Below, one piece after another: positions 29,069-39,389 of a stretch of DNA of 64,000 nt. The translations under genes were made by a program, and so were the position numbers. Every line of letters starts with the position of its first letter. Within the stretch, counting starts at the first letter, position 1. Under the pieces are notes generated by a model. The model was not told where the DNA came from. It did no database searches and was given only the letters and a program-made list of their open reading frames with translations. This DNA comes from a virus (Duplodnaviria; Caudoviricetes): IMG/VR virus record IMGVR_UViG_3300025000_000055; one strand, 5' to 3'.

Positions 29069-30480
29069 TTCCTAAATCTTAATTTAAAAACATATTCTTG
29101 GTCAGAATCCGTAATAGACTCTATAAAAGGAGAACCTGAAAGTGTTTTTCCTGTAGACAATAAACTAGATTCATAAGTTTTTTTATAAACAAAATTACCA
29201 GAACTATTCATATTAAATTCAGCTAATGTTAATGGACTAAAATCTTCTTTAAATGCATATGCAAAATTAATAGAATATTCAGGTATTTTAAGTAAATTGT
29301 TTTTAGACCAACTAGATGTACTAGCCGGAATATTAGTTGGGAATATACCAAAATATTTAGACCAAAATAACAGTGTTTCATCATCAGGGCCACATAAAAA
29401 AAAATAAATACTACAAGCATAATCTAATATTTTTTTATAAATATACTCATCTTTTGTTACCAATTCCCCTCTATATACTTTTGAAATATAATCAACCCAT
29501 GCTTTAAGGGTTTTATATATAGAAAAATTATTATCATCTGTAAATGATATTGAAATATTACCAGCAGTTTTTGATTCAATATTACTTCGTCCATATTGAA
29601 CTTTATATCCTGTAAAGGTTTCCCCATGTTCCATAGTTTTAATATACTCATCTGATAATTCAAATGATTGTGCTGTATTTGATAAAAATGGATGAAAATC
29701 ATGATCTGCCGAAAAACTGGAAGTTAAAGATATTAATATATCAGGATTATTTTTAAAAAGATAATAAAATAATGCTTCATTTTGTAATTGTGAATGTAAA
29801 GAATAATTTCTATTACCATTATAATTAATTATATTAAGATCAGGCCTTGTGAAAAATATATGTGCAAATGTTTTTGATAAATGATAATCAGGAAAAGCAA
29901 CTTTAAATCTATTAAAATTATGAAATAATTGATAATTTAATTCTTGAACCCCCTTATATCCTATAAGATTTAAATTATTTCTTATTTTTTTTAAATTTTC
30001 TTCTACAAATGAATAATCTGTTAAATATGTGTATGTTTCAACATCATCATCTGTTGATGTTTTAGTTATTTTTTCCGCATCTGAAGTAGAAGTTGTATTA
30101 TTATTAAATTGTGATGAAAAAGACGATGAACTTGTATTATCATCACTATTAGTAGAGTCATTAGATGTTGTGGTATTATTATTGGTTGGTACTATTGGTG
30201 AATTTTCATCAACTTCTGGGGATTTTTGAGGTGGATCTGATTCTTCTAAATCTTGAACCATTTCAAGATATATACCACTACCTCCACCACCTGGGTTATA
30301 TCCACAAACCCAACCTCTACCATCTTCTAATTTATACCATGTTTGATTACCAATATCAACTATACCATTAACTATTATTATTTCACCTGTAGATAATGAA
30401 CCAACTATTCGATTAGATGTTCCTGCTGCGGAACGTATATTTAAATTAGGTTTAGCAGATACTCTAAGTTTTTGTCTCAT
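29065..30480 (-). CDS. SH3b-domain baseplate/tail-tube-like protein (probable start 30480)
   Basis: Same SH3b N-terminus as 22304-24055; HIFFTRPDL and YFGIFPTNIP tail-tube-like segments; GGTG SD. Confidence 0.65.
   Translation of the reverse strand: MRQKLRVSAKPNLNIRSAAGTSNRIVGSLSTGEIIIVNGIVDIGNQTWYKLEDGRGWVCGYNPGGGGSGIYLEMVQDLEESDPPQKSPEVDENSPIVPTNNNTTTSNDSTNSDDNTSSSSFSSQFNNNTTSTSDAEKITKTSTDDDVETYTYLTDYSFVEENLKKIRNNLNLIGYKGVQELNYQLFHNFNRFKVAFPDYHLSKTFAHIFFTRPDLNIINYNGNRNYSLHSQLQNEALFYYLFKNNPDILISLTSSFSADHDFHPFLSNTAQSFELSDEYIKTMEHGETFTGYKVQYGRSNIESKTAGNISISFTDDNNFSIYKTLKAWVDYISKVYRGELVTKDEYIYKKILDYACSIYFFLCGPDDETLLFWSKYFGIFPTNIPASTSSWSKNNLLKIPEYSINFAYAFKEDFSPLTLAEFNMNSSGNFVYKKTYESSLLSTGKTLSGSPFIESITDSDQEYVFKLRFRK
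30262..30447 (-). repeat. SH3b-coding repeat, copy B
   Basis: Reverse-complement match to 22337-22522. Confidence 0.9.
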
Positions 30481-30513
30481 TATATCACCAACTTCCATAT
30501 TATTAATTATTGT

Positions 30514-30525
30514 TAAATAAATGTT
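30514..30525 (-). promoter_or_regulatory. late-type promoter AACA-N6-TA
   Basis: AACATTTATTTA upstream of start 30480. Confidence 0.55.
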
Positions 30526-30702
30526 CAAGATAGAAAAAATAATGGTTTTTTTATTTATATATTATTTATTTAGAAAAATAAATAATCACTGACTAAATTA
30601 ACATATACTATTATAAAAATAACCTCCCGCAAAATTATATTACTTATATAAAAATATAGAGATATAAGTTATTTAAAAAAAATAAGGGAGAGTGTTATTT
30701 TT

Positions 30703-30870
30703 ATGCTAGAAGTGTTATTTACTATAGCATCTGCGATTAATACTATTAGTAAATTTGGTAATATTGAAGAAATAAGAGAAAAAAGAAAAAAGATAGAAAA
30801 AAAATATAATCAATTATCTGACAAGGAACAACACAAAGTTATTATGAGAAAATTTAATCTAAGCATGTAG
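30703..30870 (+). CDS. small hypothetical protein (55 aa)
   Basis: AAGGGAG SD; TATATTAC at 30636-30643; read by hand. Confidence 0.5.
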   Translation: MLEVLFTIASAINTISKFGNIEEIREKRKKIEKKYNQLSDKEQHKVIMRKFNLSM

Positions 30871-30914
30871 ATAAAAACATATACTAGTCAGATGATTATT
30901 TTTTTTGTTTATAA

Positions 30915-30926
30915 AACATATAAATA
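30915..30926 (+). promoter_or_regulatory. late-type promoter AACA-N6-TA
   Basis: AACATATAAATA upstream of 30961. Confidence 0.55.
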
Positions 30927-30960
30927 AAATAAGTAGTTATAGGAAGGAAGTGTAAATTTA

Positions 30961-32418
30961 ATGGGTGTTTTAAAAGATATATTAGATACGTTTAGAGATA
31001 TAGACATACATGGTAGTTTAGATGAGTATTTTAAAAAGAAAAAATACTCATCTATAGCTAAACATTCTCAGGAAGGGACTCTTCAATTTCCTGTTATAGT
31101 TTCTAGATCACTTGATATAGAAACTCTTCAAACTGTTACAAGAGCATTAGAAAGACAGTACAGTTCTTTTACCCAAATAGTTTTAACTATGAATCCAGTT
31201 CTTAATGTTGAAACAGAAAAGAATTTAGCAACATATTTAAAAAAATTTCATCAAAATTCAGATAGTAAGATAGATACGAATGATGTTTTTAATTTTTTTA
31301 TAGATGTTGATACAAAAAATTTAGAAGAAAATTATGTACTATTAACTGATGAACATGAAAATATTGCTGTATTAACTGGTACATTTGAAAGTTGTTGTTC
31401 AACAAAAAAAATTATTGATGCTAATAAAGAACAACTTAAAATTATTTTAGATTATCTACAGTTAGATTTATTAAATGATAAATTTATTCCAAATAATCAA
31501 GCTCTATATAAATTTACTAATGAAAATTTATCATCATTTTATAATAAAAATATTTTATTAGAAGCTTCTAATAACTCACCTCCAGGTGGTAACAAGAATA
31601 ATAATCAACGACCTTATAAACCATCTGCGCAAGTAATTAATAGTATTGGCACTTTAAATAATAATACAGTTATCAGTAGTACTAAAAGTAACGATAAAAT
31701 TTATAATGGTGAGAGTGGTAGTTCAAAACGTTCAAGTGAATTTAATCTACCCAATAAAGTATTACTTGATAATGATGTTAAAAAATCAAATGAATTAGTA
31801 CCAACCATGCTACATCTTCGTTTAAAATTAATAGATAAAAAAGGTAATAACCATGGAACACATGATTATTTAATTGGTATTAAAGCAGTTGTCCATCCAG
31901 TAAATTCAGATGAAATGGTAAACAATGTTGTTAATGCATGTAAAAATAACAATAAACTTTTTGATTTTATTAGATGGACTTCTGGTGAAATTAATTTCCT
32001 TCAAGATTTTATATTGAATATTAAAGAAATTAAAGGTGATGTTAATAGTAGGGGGAGTGGATCTTCCCCTTGGTGGATTACTTTAAAGAGAAGAAAAGCT
32101 TTATCTAAAGTAAAAAATACATTACTTTTAGGTAATCAGTTATTACCAAATACAACATTGGTTTTATCTATGCAAGAAGTAGATCTTATTAAGGCAACAT
32201 ATGGGTATGATTTAATGAATATAACTTTCGTTAATAAAATTATGGCAACGTATTTCTTATTAGGGTTTGTAGTTGTTGACACATCATCTCAATTAGCTCA
32301 TTTTTTATTTGATGGGCAAAATTCTTATCAAACTACTACATTTATTGGTTTAGAACGAGAAACTGGCTCAGATGAGAAGAAATTTAAAGAAATGCTTAAA
32401 TTAATCAATAGGGTCTAA
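30961..32418 (+). CDS. probable virion structural protein (485 aa)
   Basis: Late-type promoter; ILLEA motif before a low-complexity linker; structural operon. Confidence 0.6.
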   Translation: MGVLKDILDTFRDIDIHGSLDEYFKKKKYSSIAKHSQEGTLQFPVIVSRSLDIETLQTVTRALERQYSSFTQIVLTMNPVLNVETEKNLATYLKKFHQNSDSKIDTNDVFNFFIDVDTKNLEENYVLLTDEHENIAVLTGTFESCCSTKKIIDANKEQLKIILDYLQLDLLNDKFIPNNQALYKFTNENLSSFYNKNILLEASNNSPPGGNKNNNQRPYKPSAQVINSIGTLNNNTVISSTKSNDKIYNGESGSSKRSSEFNLPNKVLLDNDVKKSNELVPTMLHLRLKLIDKKGNNHGTHDYLIGIKAVVHPVNSDEMVNNVVNACKNNNKLFDFIRWTSGEINFLQDFILNIKEIKGDVNSRGSGSSPWWITLKRRKALSKVKNTLLLGNQLLPNTTLVLSMQEVDLIKATYGYDLMNITFVNKIMATYFLLGFVVVDTSSQLAHFLFDGQNSYQTTTFIGLERETGSDEKKFKEMLKLINRV

Positions 32419-32448
32419 TTTTTTATATAAAGGGGTTGAAAAAATATT

Positions 32449-33441
32449 ATGTTTAAAATGAATGACGCCTATAAAATATTAATTGAAAATGCCAGTACAT
32501 TTAAAGAAAAAAATAATATTTATTCTCTTAAAGAATCAGACCAAAATATTGTTAATAATACGATGATATCTAATTTATATAAATCGGCTATTGAAAAAGC
32601 TCATGTTGATTTTGATGATATCCCTAATAGTAAAGGTGATTTAAGTAAATTTTCAGGTATTAAATCCATGCTAGATACTATTGATTTATTATTTCAACTA
32701 TCTAATAAAACTAATACTAAAATTCCAGAATTGGATATTTTAGATAAAGCTATAAGTAATATTATTAACTTTAAAGAATCTTTTGAAAAAGGATTTAAGT
32801 TAGAAAAAGAATTTATTATTTTACAATACAATATTTTGGTTTGTGCATGTATAGAAGGCTTGAGTTCAATTATTTCATCTTATGTTGATTTTATAAAAAG
32901 ACCAGATAAAATAGAGTTTACTTTAATTAACTACCCTCAATTGTCTGGTCGAATCTGTATTATGAATCTTGAAAAATTTAATTCGTGTGTGCGTAGTGGT
33001 GAATTTAGTAAAGTTATTAAATCTGTTATTGAAAGTGGTAAAGAAGGATTTGTTGGAACTGAAACACTAATGATCGGAACTTTAATAGTTGGTGGGGTTT
33101 TAATTTTAGTTCCTTTGATGAGAGAATTAATTTTTTATTTTTATTACTCAAGACTAAAAATTTCAGATTATTTAAAAACTCAAGCTCTATTTTTAGAAAT
33201 TAATAAAAATAATGTTAATATGAATGCATCACTACAACCTAAAAATAAAAAACAAATCTTAGAAAGACAACAAACTGTTATTAAAAATCTACAGTCATTA
33301 TCTGAAAAAATTCGTGTTAATGATACAACTTCAAATTCTCATGTCTATAGAGAAATGAATAATGAGAATAAAGGTTGGACACTTGATAGTGTTAAAACTC
33401 AATCTGCATCTATTGATGGAAATGGGTTTAAGTTACTATAA
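32449..33441 (+). CDS. probable virion structural protein (330 aa) with one hydrophobic segment
   Basis: Operon with 30961; TLMIGTLIVGGVLILVPLM. Confidence 0.6.
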   Translation: MFKMNDAYKILIENASTFKEKNNIYSLKESDQNIVNNTMISNLYKSAIEKAHVDFDDIPNSKGDLSKFSGIKSMLDTIDLLFQLSNKTNTKIPELDILDKAISNIINFKESFEKGFKLEKEFIILQYNILVCACIEGLSSIISSYVDFIKRPDKIEFTLINYPQLSGRICIMNLEKFNSCVRSGEFSKVIKSVIESGKEGFVGTETLMIGTLIVGGVLILVPLMRELIFYFYYSRLKISDYLKTQALFLEINKNNVNMNASLQPKNKKQILERQQTVIKNLQSLSEKIRVNDTTSNSHVYREMNNENKGWTLDSVKTQSASIDGNGFKLL

Positions 33442-33470
33442 AAAAATAACTTTATTAAATTGACAATATA

Positions 33471-33482
33471 AACATATTTATA
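33471..33482 (+). promoter_or_regulatory. late-type promoter AACA-N6-TA
   Basis: AACATATTTATA. Confidence 0.55.
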
Positions 33483-33517
33483 AAAAATCCTAATACTGAA
33501 AGGTGGTAAATAAGAAT

Positions 33518-34579
33518 ATGGCTATTTTTAATAGAAGTGGAAACGGATTTAATATACCCTCATATAGTGGGTACGACTGTTTGGTAAATGGTGACTTGGT
33601 TGCAGCTCAGGAGGGTTTTGAGGATCAACTGGCCATTATCGAATCTATTCATACAATGGACATGGAAGAAATTAATATGGAAAATGATATTAAAGTTTTA
33701 CGTGAATCTGGTGGAGATGAAATTAAAATTGAAACTCGTATGCAAGAGTTTGTAACCGTAACTGAAGGTGCTATGAGTAGTGTTTGGGAAAAAATTAAAG
33801 CTTTTTTCAGTAAAATGTGGGGTAAATTGAAGCAATTCTTTGCTTCTGTCATTCGTTTTTTTGATGGGTTGTTTAAAAGTGGTAAAGAATTTGCTACTAA
33901 ATATGAAAAAGAACTTAGAAGATTAAGTCTTTCTGGATACAAACATAAAATGTTTAATTATACCGAATTAGATAGTAACAACCACGTATCTAATGGTATT
34001 GAAGTTGCAATGAATGTTGTTGACCAAACCGGAGCTTTGAAGAGTTTTTCTTCTGAAGCTGACGCTAAAAAATGTTTGGAAGATATGGAAGAAAACAAAG
34101 AAGAAATTATAAATAAGGTCCGTGGAACTTTTATAGGTGGTGGTTCCAAAGACAATGAAGATTATAAAAAAGGATTATTTTCACACTTTAGAAGTGGTGC
34201 TAAAGATAGTGAAGATATTGAAGAGCAATCTGTTAATATTGGGAATATTATCACCGCTTTGATGAGTGACAAGTTTTCTAAAATGGCGGCTGATTCTGAA
34301 AAATCTGCTGAAAAATCATTCACTACGGTTTTAAAAGAAATTACCGGGTATGAAAAGGAATTTGGAAAATCTGTTGATGACAAAAATAAATCAGAAGATA
34401 AGAGAAAGCTTGCTTCTGTTCAAATTTCTATTATGCAAAAATATTCAACATTGTTTAGTGAAGCTAAAAATATCGCTCTTGAATATTTTGGGGCATGGAA
34501 ACACGCTATTACTGAAAGAGAGTCAGTATATAAGCAAGTATGTGTAAGTGCATTTAGATACAAAGAAGATAAGAAATAA
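33518..34579 (+). CDS. inner-head-like protein, paralog 1 (probable start 33518)
   Basis: Acidic leader, VTVTE/G, then amphipathic WEKIKAFFSKMW helix; host-like codon bias suggests high expression. Confidence 0.65.
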   Translation: MAIFNRSGNGFNIPSYSGYDCLVNGDLVAAQEGFEDQLAIIESIHTMDMEEINMENDIKVLRESGGDEIKIETRMQEFVTVTEGAMSSVWEKIKAFFSKMWGKLKQFFASVIRFFDGLFKSGKEFATKYEKELRRLSLSGYKHKMFNYTELDSNNHVSNGIEVAMNVVDQTGALKSFSSEADAKKCLEDMEENKEEIINKVRGTFIGGGSKDNEDYKKGLFSHFRSGAKDSEDIEEQSVNIGNIITALMSDKFSKMAADSEKSAEKSFTTVLKEITGYEKEFGKSVDDKNKSEDKRKLASVQISIMQKYSTLFSEAKNIALEYFGAWKHAITERESVYKQVCVSAFRYKEDKK

Positions 34580-34645
34580 TCAATAATGAATTATCAATTG
34601 ATAAACTAAACTTGAGTTTAAAAAATCAAAGGAGGACACAGTAAA

Positions 34646-35728
34646 ATGGCTATTTTTGGAAATAAGAGAAGCTCTTTAAATGACGATTTTGATATTTCAA
34701 AATATGACCACATTCAACCTACCACAGAAGCACTGGAACAAATTATAACCGAATCTGCTAAAGATTCTTATAAACTTCGTGCCGGTATGTATGTATCAGA
34801 TGTCATGATGGAACAAGCTGTATTGTTTGAATCAGCTGACCCAGAAGTTCTTTTGGAAGCCTTTGGCAAAGGTTTTTTTGCCAAAGTAAAAGATATGTTC
34901 GTAAAAATGTGGAATGCTGTTAAAGCTTGGTTTGAAAAAATGAAAAAATCTCTTGTTATGTTTTTCTCTTCGGGTAAAACTTTTGTAGATAAGTTTGAAA
35001 ATGATCTACGGAAAAAGAATGTCAAAGGTTATAAATATAAGTCATTTAAATATACCGCAAGTAAAGGTGATGCCTTTGCCAGCAAAATACTAAGTACAAT
35101 TGATAGTACTGAGAATGAATACGAGAATAAACTTGGTGGTTTGGATGTAAGAAGTTCGTCCAAACATAAAGATGCAATGGATTCCAAAAAAGATAATATG
35201 AAAGAAGAATATGACACTAACGATGATAAAGAATCTTTATTTAAGAGTATGGGTGTTGATTCTATTTCTGAATTACAAGAAGAATCATACCAAGAATATA
35301 GAAATGGTTCTAAAGAAAAAGAAGAATTTGAAGATTTTGAAAATAATAGCAAAGATGATATGATGAAATTCATTAAGGATAGTAGTAAAAATTTAGCCGA
35401 TCTTGAAAGATATCAGAAAGATATGGATTCACATTTTAGTAAAATTGTTAAGGCTATTGAAACGGCTGGTAATAAATATAAGAATGAAGAATTTTCTAAA
35501 GTTTCACCATATGTCTCTCATAGTGTTGAAATGTTGAGATTTTGTATGTCAATTCGTTCAGCATTAAGTAAAATGCATGTTGAATATGTAAAAGAAGCTG
35601 CCAGTGAATTTGAATCTATTTTAAAAGGTTATTTAAGATTTAAACCGCTTAAAGAAAGTCTTGATGTTAGTCATGACGACAAAACTGATACTACAAATAT
35701 TTTTGAAGCGGCAATGCGTTTGGTTTAA
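34646..35728 (+). CDS. inner-head-like protein, paralog 2
   Basis: VLLE/A then FFAKVKDMFVKMW; KGYKYKSFKY matches paralog 1 SGYKHKMFNY. Confidence 0.65.
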   Translation: MAIFGNKRSSLNDDFDISKYDHIQPTTEALEQIITESAKDSYKLRAGMYVSDVMMEQAVLFESADPEVLLEAFGKGFFAKVKDMFVKMWNAVKAWFEKMKKSLVMFFSSGKTFVDKFENDLRKKNVKGYKYKSFKYTASKGDAFASKILSTIDSTENEYENKLGGLDVRSSSKHKDAMDSKKDNMKEEYDTNDDKESLFKSMGVDSISELQEESYQEYRNGSKEKEEFEDFENNSKDDMMKFIKDSSKNLADLERYQKDMDSHFSKIVKAIETAGNKYKNEEFSKVSPYVSHSVEMLRFCMSIRSALSKMHVEYVKEAASEFESILKGYLRFKPLKESLDVSHDDKTDTTNIFEAAMRLV

Positions 35729-35733
35729 TATAT

Positions 35734-35773
35734 TACATTAGATGAATAGTGAATAAACTATTCATCTAATGTA
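35734..35773 (+). terminator. 17-bp stem hairpin terminator
   Basis: TACATTAGATGAATAGT..ACTATTCATCTAATGTA. Confidence 0.7.
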
Positions 35774-35791
35774 TTTTATATTTTCTATGAA

Positions 35792-35803
35792 AACAAATAA
35801 ATA
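35792..35803 (+). promoter_or_regulatory. late-type promoter AACA-N6-TA
   Basis: AACAAATAAATA. Confidence 0.55.
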
Positions 35804-35831
35804 AGAAAAAAAAAGGAGCTGAATATTATCT

Positions 35832-36911
35832 ATGAATTTAAAGAATATTTTTAATAAAAATATTATATGTAATAAACCAACATCACTTTTATTAACCACT
35901 GATAATATTGATTTTGATACAAGTCAATCTTGTTTAGAATATTTTATATTATTAGAAGAAAAATATTTTAATATTAATAAAAATCATTTACAATCAGCCC
36001 ATATTGGTATTAAAGATAATAATATAGAAATATTACAAGAGGGGTTTGGTGATTTTATTAATTCGGTTATTTCATTCTTTAAAAATCTTTTAGATAAATT
36101 TAAAGAATTTATGAAAAGAATCTTTATGGTTATTTATGCATATCTTGGTGATTTTGAAAAGTTTTTAGATAAATATAAAGAAGAATTAAGAGGTTTAGAC
36201 CCTAAGTTTAGTATTAAGGGATTCAAATATACTTTTAAATCAAATATACCAAATTTAGAAATTATTGATAACATAATTAATTCTTATAATAGTGAATTGA
36301 ATGATATTGATAATATGACAAGAGATAAAATTATAGAACAAAGAGAAAAATTTATGTCAACTACTAATTTGAATAAAATTAGAGCTAATATTATTGGTGT
36401 AACAGGTGAAGTATCATCAGAAGATTACTTAAAAGATGTTAAAAAGATATTTAGGGATAATAATGATGAAAAAATAGATATTGATGTAAATAAATCATTC
36501 TTAACAACAATTATAGCAGATTACCCATTTTTAAAAAAAGAATATAGTGATTCTATTAAAGAAAGAGATAATATAATTGTAATTATAGAAAAAATTAAAT
36601 CTTTTTTTGAAAAAAGTGCATCAGTTTATTATAAGGGTACTGATAAAACCATTGGGGTTAAATTATTAAATAGAAATGGTAATAAGATTCAAATTAATGA
36701 CACTGTTGAAAAGAATCATAGTGAAAGTAAAATTAATTTAATTAACACCTTTTTTAGTTTCAAATTTACACAATCAAAAGAAATTGGTAGTATCTGTACA
36801 ATAGCTTGTATTGAAAAAGCTAATGCACTAAAAGAATGCCTATCTTTTTATAGAGAAACTATTAAAAGATGTGCATTTAAAGGACCTAAGAAATCAACAG
36901 AAGATGATTAA
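35832..36911 (+). CDS. inner-head-like protein, paralog 3
   Basis: ILQE/G then FINSVISFFKNLLDKFKEFMKRIF; KGFKYTF. Confidence 0.65.
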   Translation: MNLKNIFNKNIICNKPTSLLLTTDNIDFDTSQSCLEYFILLEEKYFNINKNHLQSAHIGIKDNNIEILQEGFGDFINSVISFFKNLLDKFKEFMKRIFMVIYAYLGDFEKFLDKYKEELRGLDPKFSIKGFKYTFKSNIPNLEIIDNIINSYNSELNDIDNMTRDKIIEQREKFMSTTNLNKIRANIIGVTGEVSSEDYLKDVKKIFRDNNDEKIDIDVNKSFLTTIIADYPFLKKEYSDSIKERDNIIVIIEKIKSFFEKSASVYYKGTDKTIGVKLLNRNGNKIQINDTVEKNHSESKINLINTFFSFKFTQSKEIGSICTIACIEKANALKECLSFYRETIKRCAFKGPKKSTEDD

Positions 36912-36933
36912 AAAAGATTATGAGGTGAATATA

Positions 36934-38025
36934 ATGGACTATTGTTTAGAAACAAGTATATTTCATTTAGAATATGATAAAGATTTCTTTTCTACATTAT
37001 TGGAAAGAATGGAAGAAGAATCCGAATTTATCAATAAATCACTAAATAATAATTATATTGTGTTGGAATCTGATACAACTAATAATCAAGGAATATGGGA
37101 AAAGATTAAAACTTTCTTTAAACGTATATTTGGTGTATTTTCAGAAAAAACTAAAACAATTTTTGATTCAAATAAAAAATGGATGGATGAGAATTTTAAT
37201 AAATTAGATAAAATTAATTATGACAAATTGAAGATAACAATGTGGCCATTCTGGTTAATGACTATTAATGATATCAAAGGTGTTCTCAGTACAATTCAAG
37301 GAATAGCTGATAATGAATTAAATAATCCTAAAAAGTTAGAAAAATATAAGAATGTAGATGATATGAAAAATACCTTATTTAAAGAATATTTCAATGAAGA
37401 CAATGATTTAACCTTAGGATTAAAGAATAAATTTAGAAGTAATAATCCTAAAGGACCTATTAAAACACAAGAGCTATCTGGAGGAGAGTTAAAGACTAAA
37501 GTTGGTGAATTCAGAGAGTATTGTTATAATTATGGTAAAGATATAACACCCATGGTCCAAGCTTGGATTAATAAGGCCGAACAATCATTAACTCGTATTG
37601 AAAAAGTTTTAAAAGAAAGTATTGGAATGGATTTTTGTTTAATTGAAAATATTATTTATTCTAATACTGATTTGATTTATTGTAGTAATTTTGAAGCTAT
37701 ATTTGAAGCGGATAATACTACACAAACTAATGATAAAAGAAAGGATGAAAAAAAACCTGGAGAATCAACTAAACCAACTGAAGTCTCAGTTGTTAATACA
37801 GATGATAAAAATAAAGTTGATGAACAAAATGAAAATAAAAAATATTCTGATGTAAGCAATTCTCAACTCACTATGTATAAGAATATAGCTCAAATTATTC
37901 AATTAGCTATAACTTCAGCAATGACGGTTTTAGAAGAAAGATTTAGTGCGTATCTAAATGCTTTAAAGAAGATTGTTGCTGAAGGTGGAAATAATATAAA
38001 TAATAATCCTGATGAAAAAAAATAA
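36934..38025 (+). CDS. inner-head-like protein, paralog 4 (probable start 36934)
   Basis: GAGGTG SD; IVLE/S then IWEKIKTFFKRIF. Confidence 0.65.
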   Translation: MDYCLETSIFHLEYDKDFFSTLLERMEEESEFINKSLNNNYIVLESDTTNNQGIWEKIKTFFKRIFGVFSEKTKTIFDSNKKWMDENFNKLDKINYDKLKITMWPFWLMTINDIKGVLSTIQGIADNELNNPKKLEKYKNVDDMKNTLFKEYFNEDNDLTLGLKNKFRSNNPKGPIKTQELSGGELKTKVGEFREYCYNYGKDITPMVQAWINKAEQSLTRIEKVLKESIGMDFCLIENIIYSNTDLIYCSNFEAIFEADNTTQTNDKRKDEKKPGESTKPTEVSVVNTDDKNKVDEQNENKKYSDVSNSQLTMYKNIAQIIQLAITSAMTVLEERFSAYLNALKKIVAEGGNNINNNPDEKK

Positions 38026-38067
38026 AAAAAATATAGGTAGAGAAATAATCTCTACCTATATTTTTTT
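38024..38067. terminator. bidirectional hairpin terminator
   Basis: A7-TATAGGTAGAGA/TCTCTACCTATA-T7 between convergent genes. Confidence 0.75.
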
Positions 38068-39303
38068 AAATTCACATATCCCACTCATAATAAATTCATT
38101 TCCTTCTGATTTAAATTGTATAATTCGTTTAGTTAATCTATACGAACCACTATATGTTGAATTAATTTTAGTATTATCAAATATAAAAATAAATTCTTTA
38201 TTTGGAGTTATAGCATCTATATTAAAATCCGATATATTTACATTTATAACAGTATTATTTTCAATTTTTCTAGTCTTCGCATCATTATTACTATATTCAT
38301 TTCCATAATTATTAACTAGTACTTGGTATGTTCCAACGCCTCGTTGAACAGTTTCGGGTTTGATATTTTCAACTGTTCCTTGTTTTGGATCTATTATAAT
38401 AAAATTGTTACCAATTATTTGATCAGCTACAACAGAATTACTATATATATTTATACTATCTGGGGTTATATTTATATGATTTTCCTTTTCTTTTTCTATT
38501 ATAAAACTACCAGGAGTGAAACTATTTGGGTTTGTCACTTCCTTAATATTAAATACAGTACGTGTATATTCTTCTTTTATAAATGCAGTACATTTTGAAT
38601 TAGACTCAATAATATACATACATAATAAATCAAAGAATATTAAAGCTCCCTTAGTATAAAATCCATATTGTTGATTTAAATAAAGTAAATTATTTAATAA
38701 TGTTAATGGTGGTAATAATATTTCTTTAAAAATACTTTTATTTTGTAATGGGCTCATTAATACATTTTTCATACCACAAGTTGACAATAAATATGTTATA
38801 GTATCAGTTAAGTTACTATTAGTTATAACATTATTTACTATTTTTTTAGAATTGTCTAAATCACTTTCTTTAAATAAATAAAAAGAATATACATTTGCTA
38901 AATCTCTAGGAGTTGTTCCAGTTCTTTCAACTAATTTACTTTCTTTATAACTTGTTTCATCAAAATATGGTGTATTTTCATCCATGAATACACAAAAAAC
39001 TGTATTAACAATATCTTTCTTGAATTGAAAATCTTTATTCCCATCATAAGCATATTTTTGCATTCTAAGTCTAAATCTTACTTTTAACTTATTTGATAAT
39101 ATTTTAAAATATATTTTTGGTTCTATAGAAACAGATAATTTAAATACAGGAAAATAATCATTATCAAAATCATGTTCTAATAAAATTCCTGTAATAAAAT
39201 TAGTATTTATTTTAGTTGGCTCAACCTCTTCTGGGAATAAAATATCCATTGAATCTACCGTGTATTTATATGTTCGTGTATTATTCGGTATATTATTAGC
39301 CAA
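38056..39303 (-). CDS. probable baseplate-hub-type structural protein (415 aa)
   Basis: Beta-strand-rich sequence; TACA-N6-TA variant promoter; context only. Confidence 0.45.
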   Translation of the reverse strand: MANNIPNNTRTYKYTVDSMDILFPEEVEPTKINTNFITGILLEHDFDNDYFPVFKLSVSIEPKIYFKILSNKLKVRFRLRMQKYAYDGNKDFQFKKDIVNTVFCVFMDENTPYFDETSYKESKLVERTGTTPRDLANVYSFYLFKESDLDNSKKIVNNVITNSNLTDTITYLLSTCGMKNVLMSPLQNKSIFKEILLPPLTLLNNLLYLNQQYGFYTKGALIFFDLLCMYIIESNSKCTAFIKEEYTRTVFNIKEVTNPNSFTPGSFIIEKEKENHINITPDSINIYSNSVVADQIIGNNFIIIDPKQGTVENIKPETVQRGVGTYQVLVNNYGNEYSNNDAKTRKIENNTVINVNISDFNIDAITPNKEFIFIFDNTKINSTYSGSYRLTKRIIQFKSEGNEFIMSGICEFKKI

Positions 39304-39389
39304 AAAAATCCCCCCTATAATAAATATTCTTTAATAATCTGTATTAAAAGAAAAAAATAAACTAGAGAAGTTAATCCCTAGTTTATTTA

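Noticed and set aside
22337-30447. Diversity-generating retroelement TR/VR pair or invertase system
   Set aside because: Repeats lie at N-termini, mismatches are not adenine-specific, and no reverse transcriptase or recombinase is in the window
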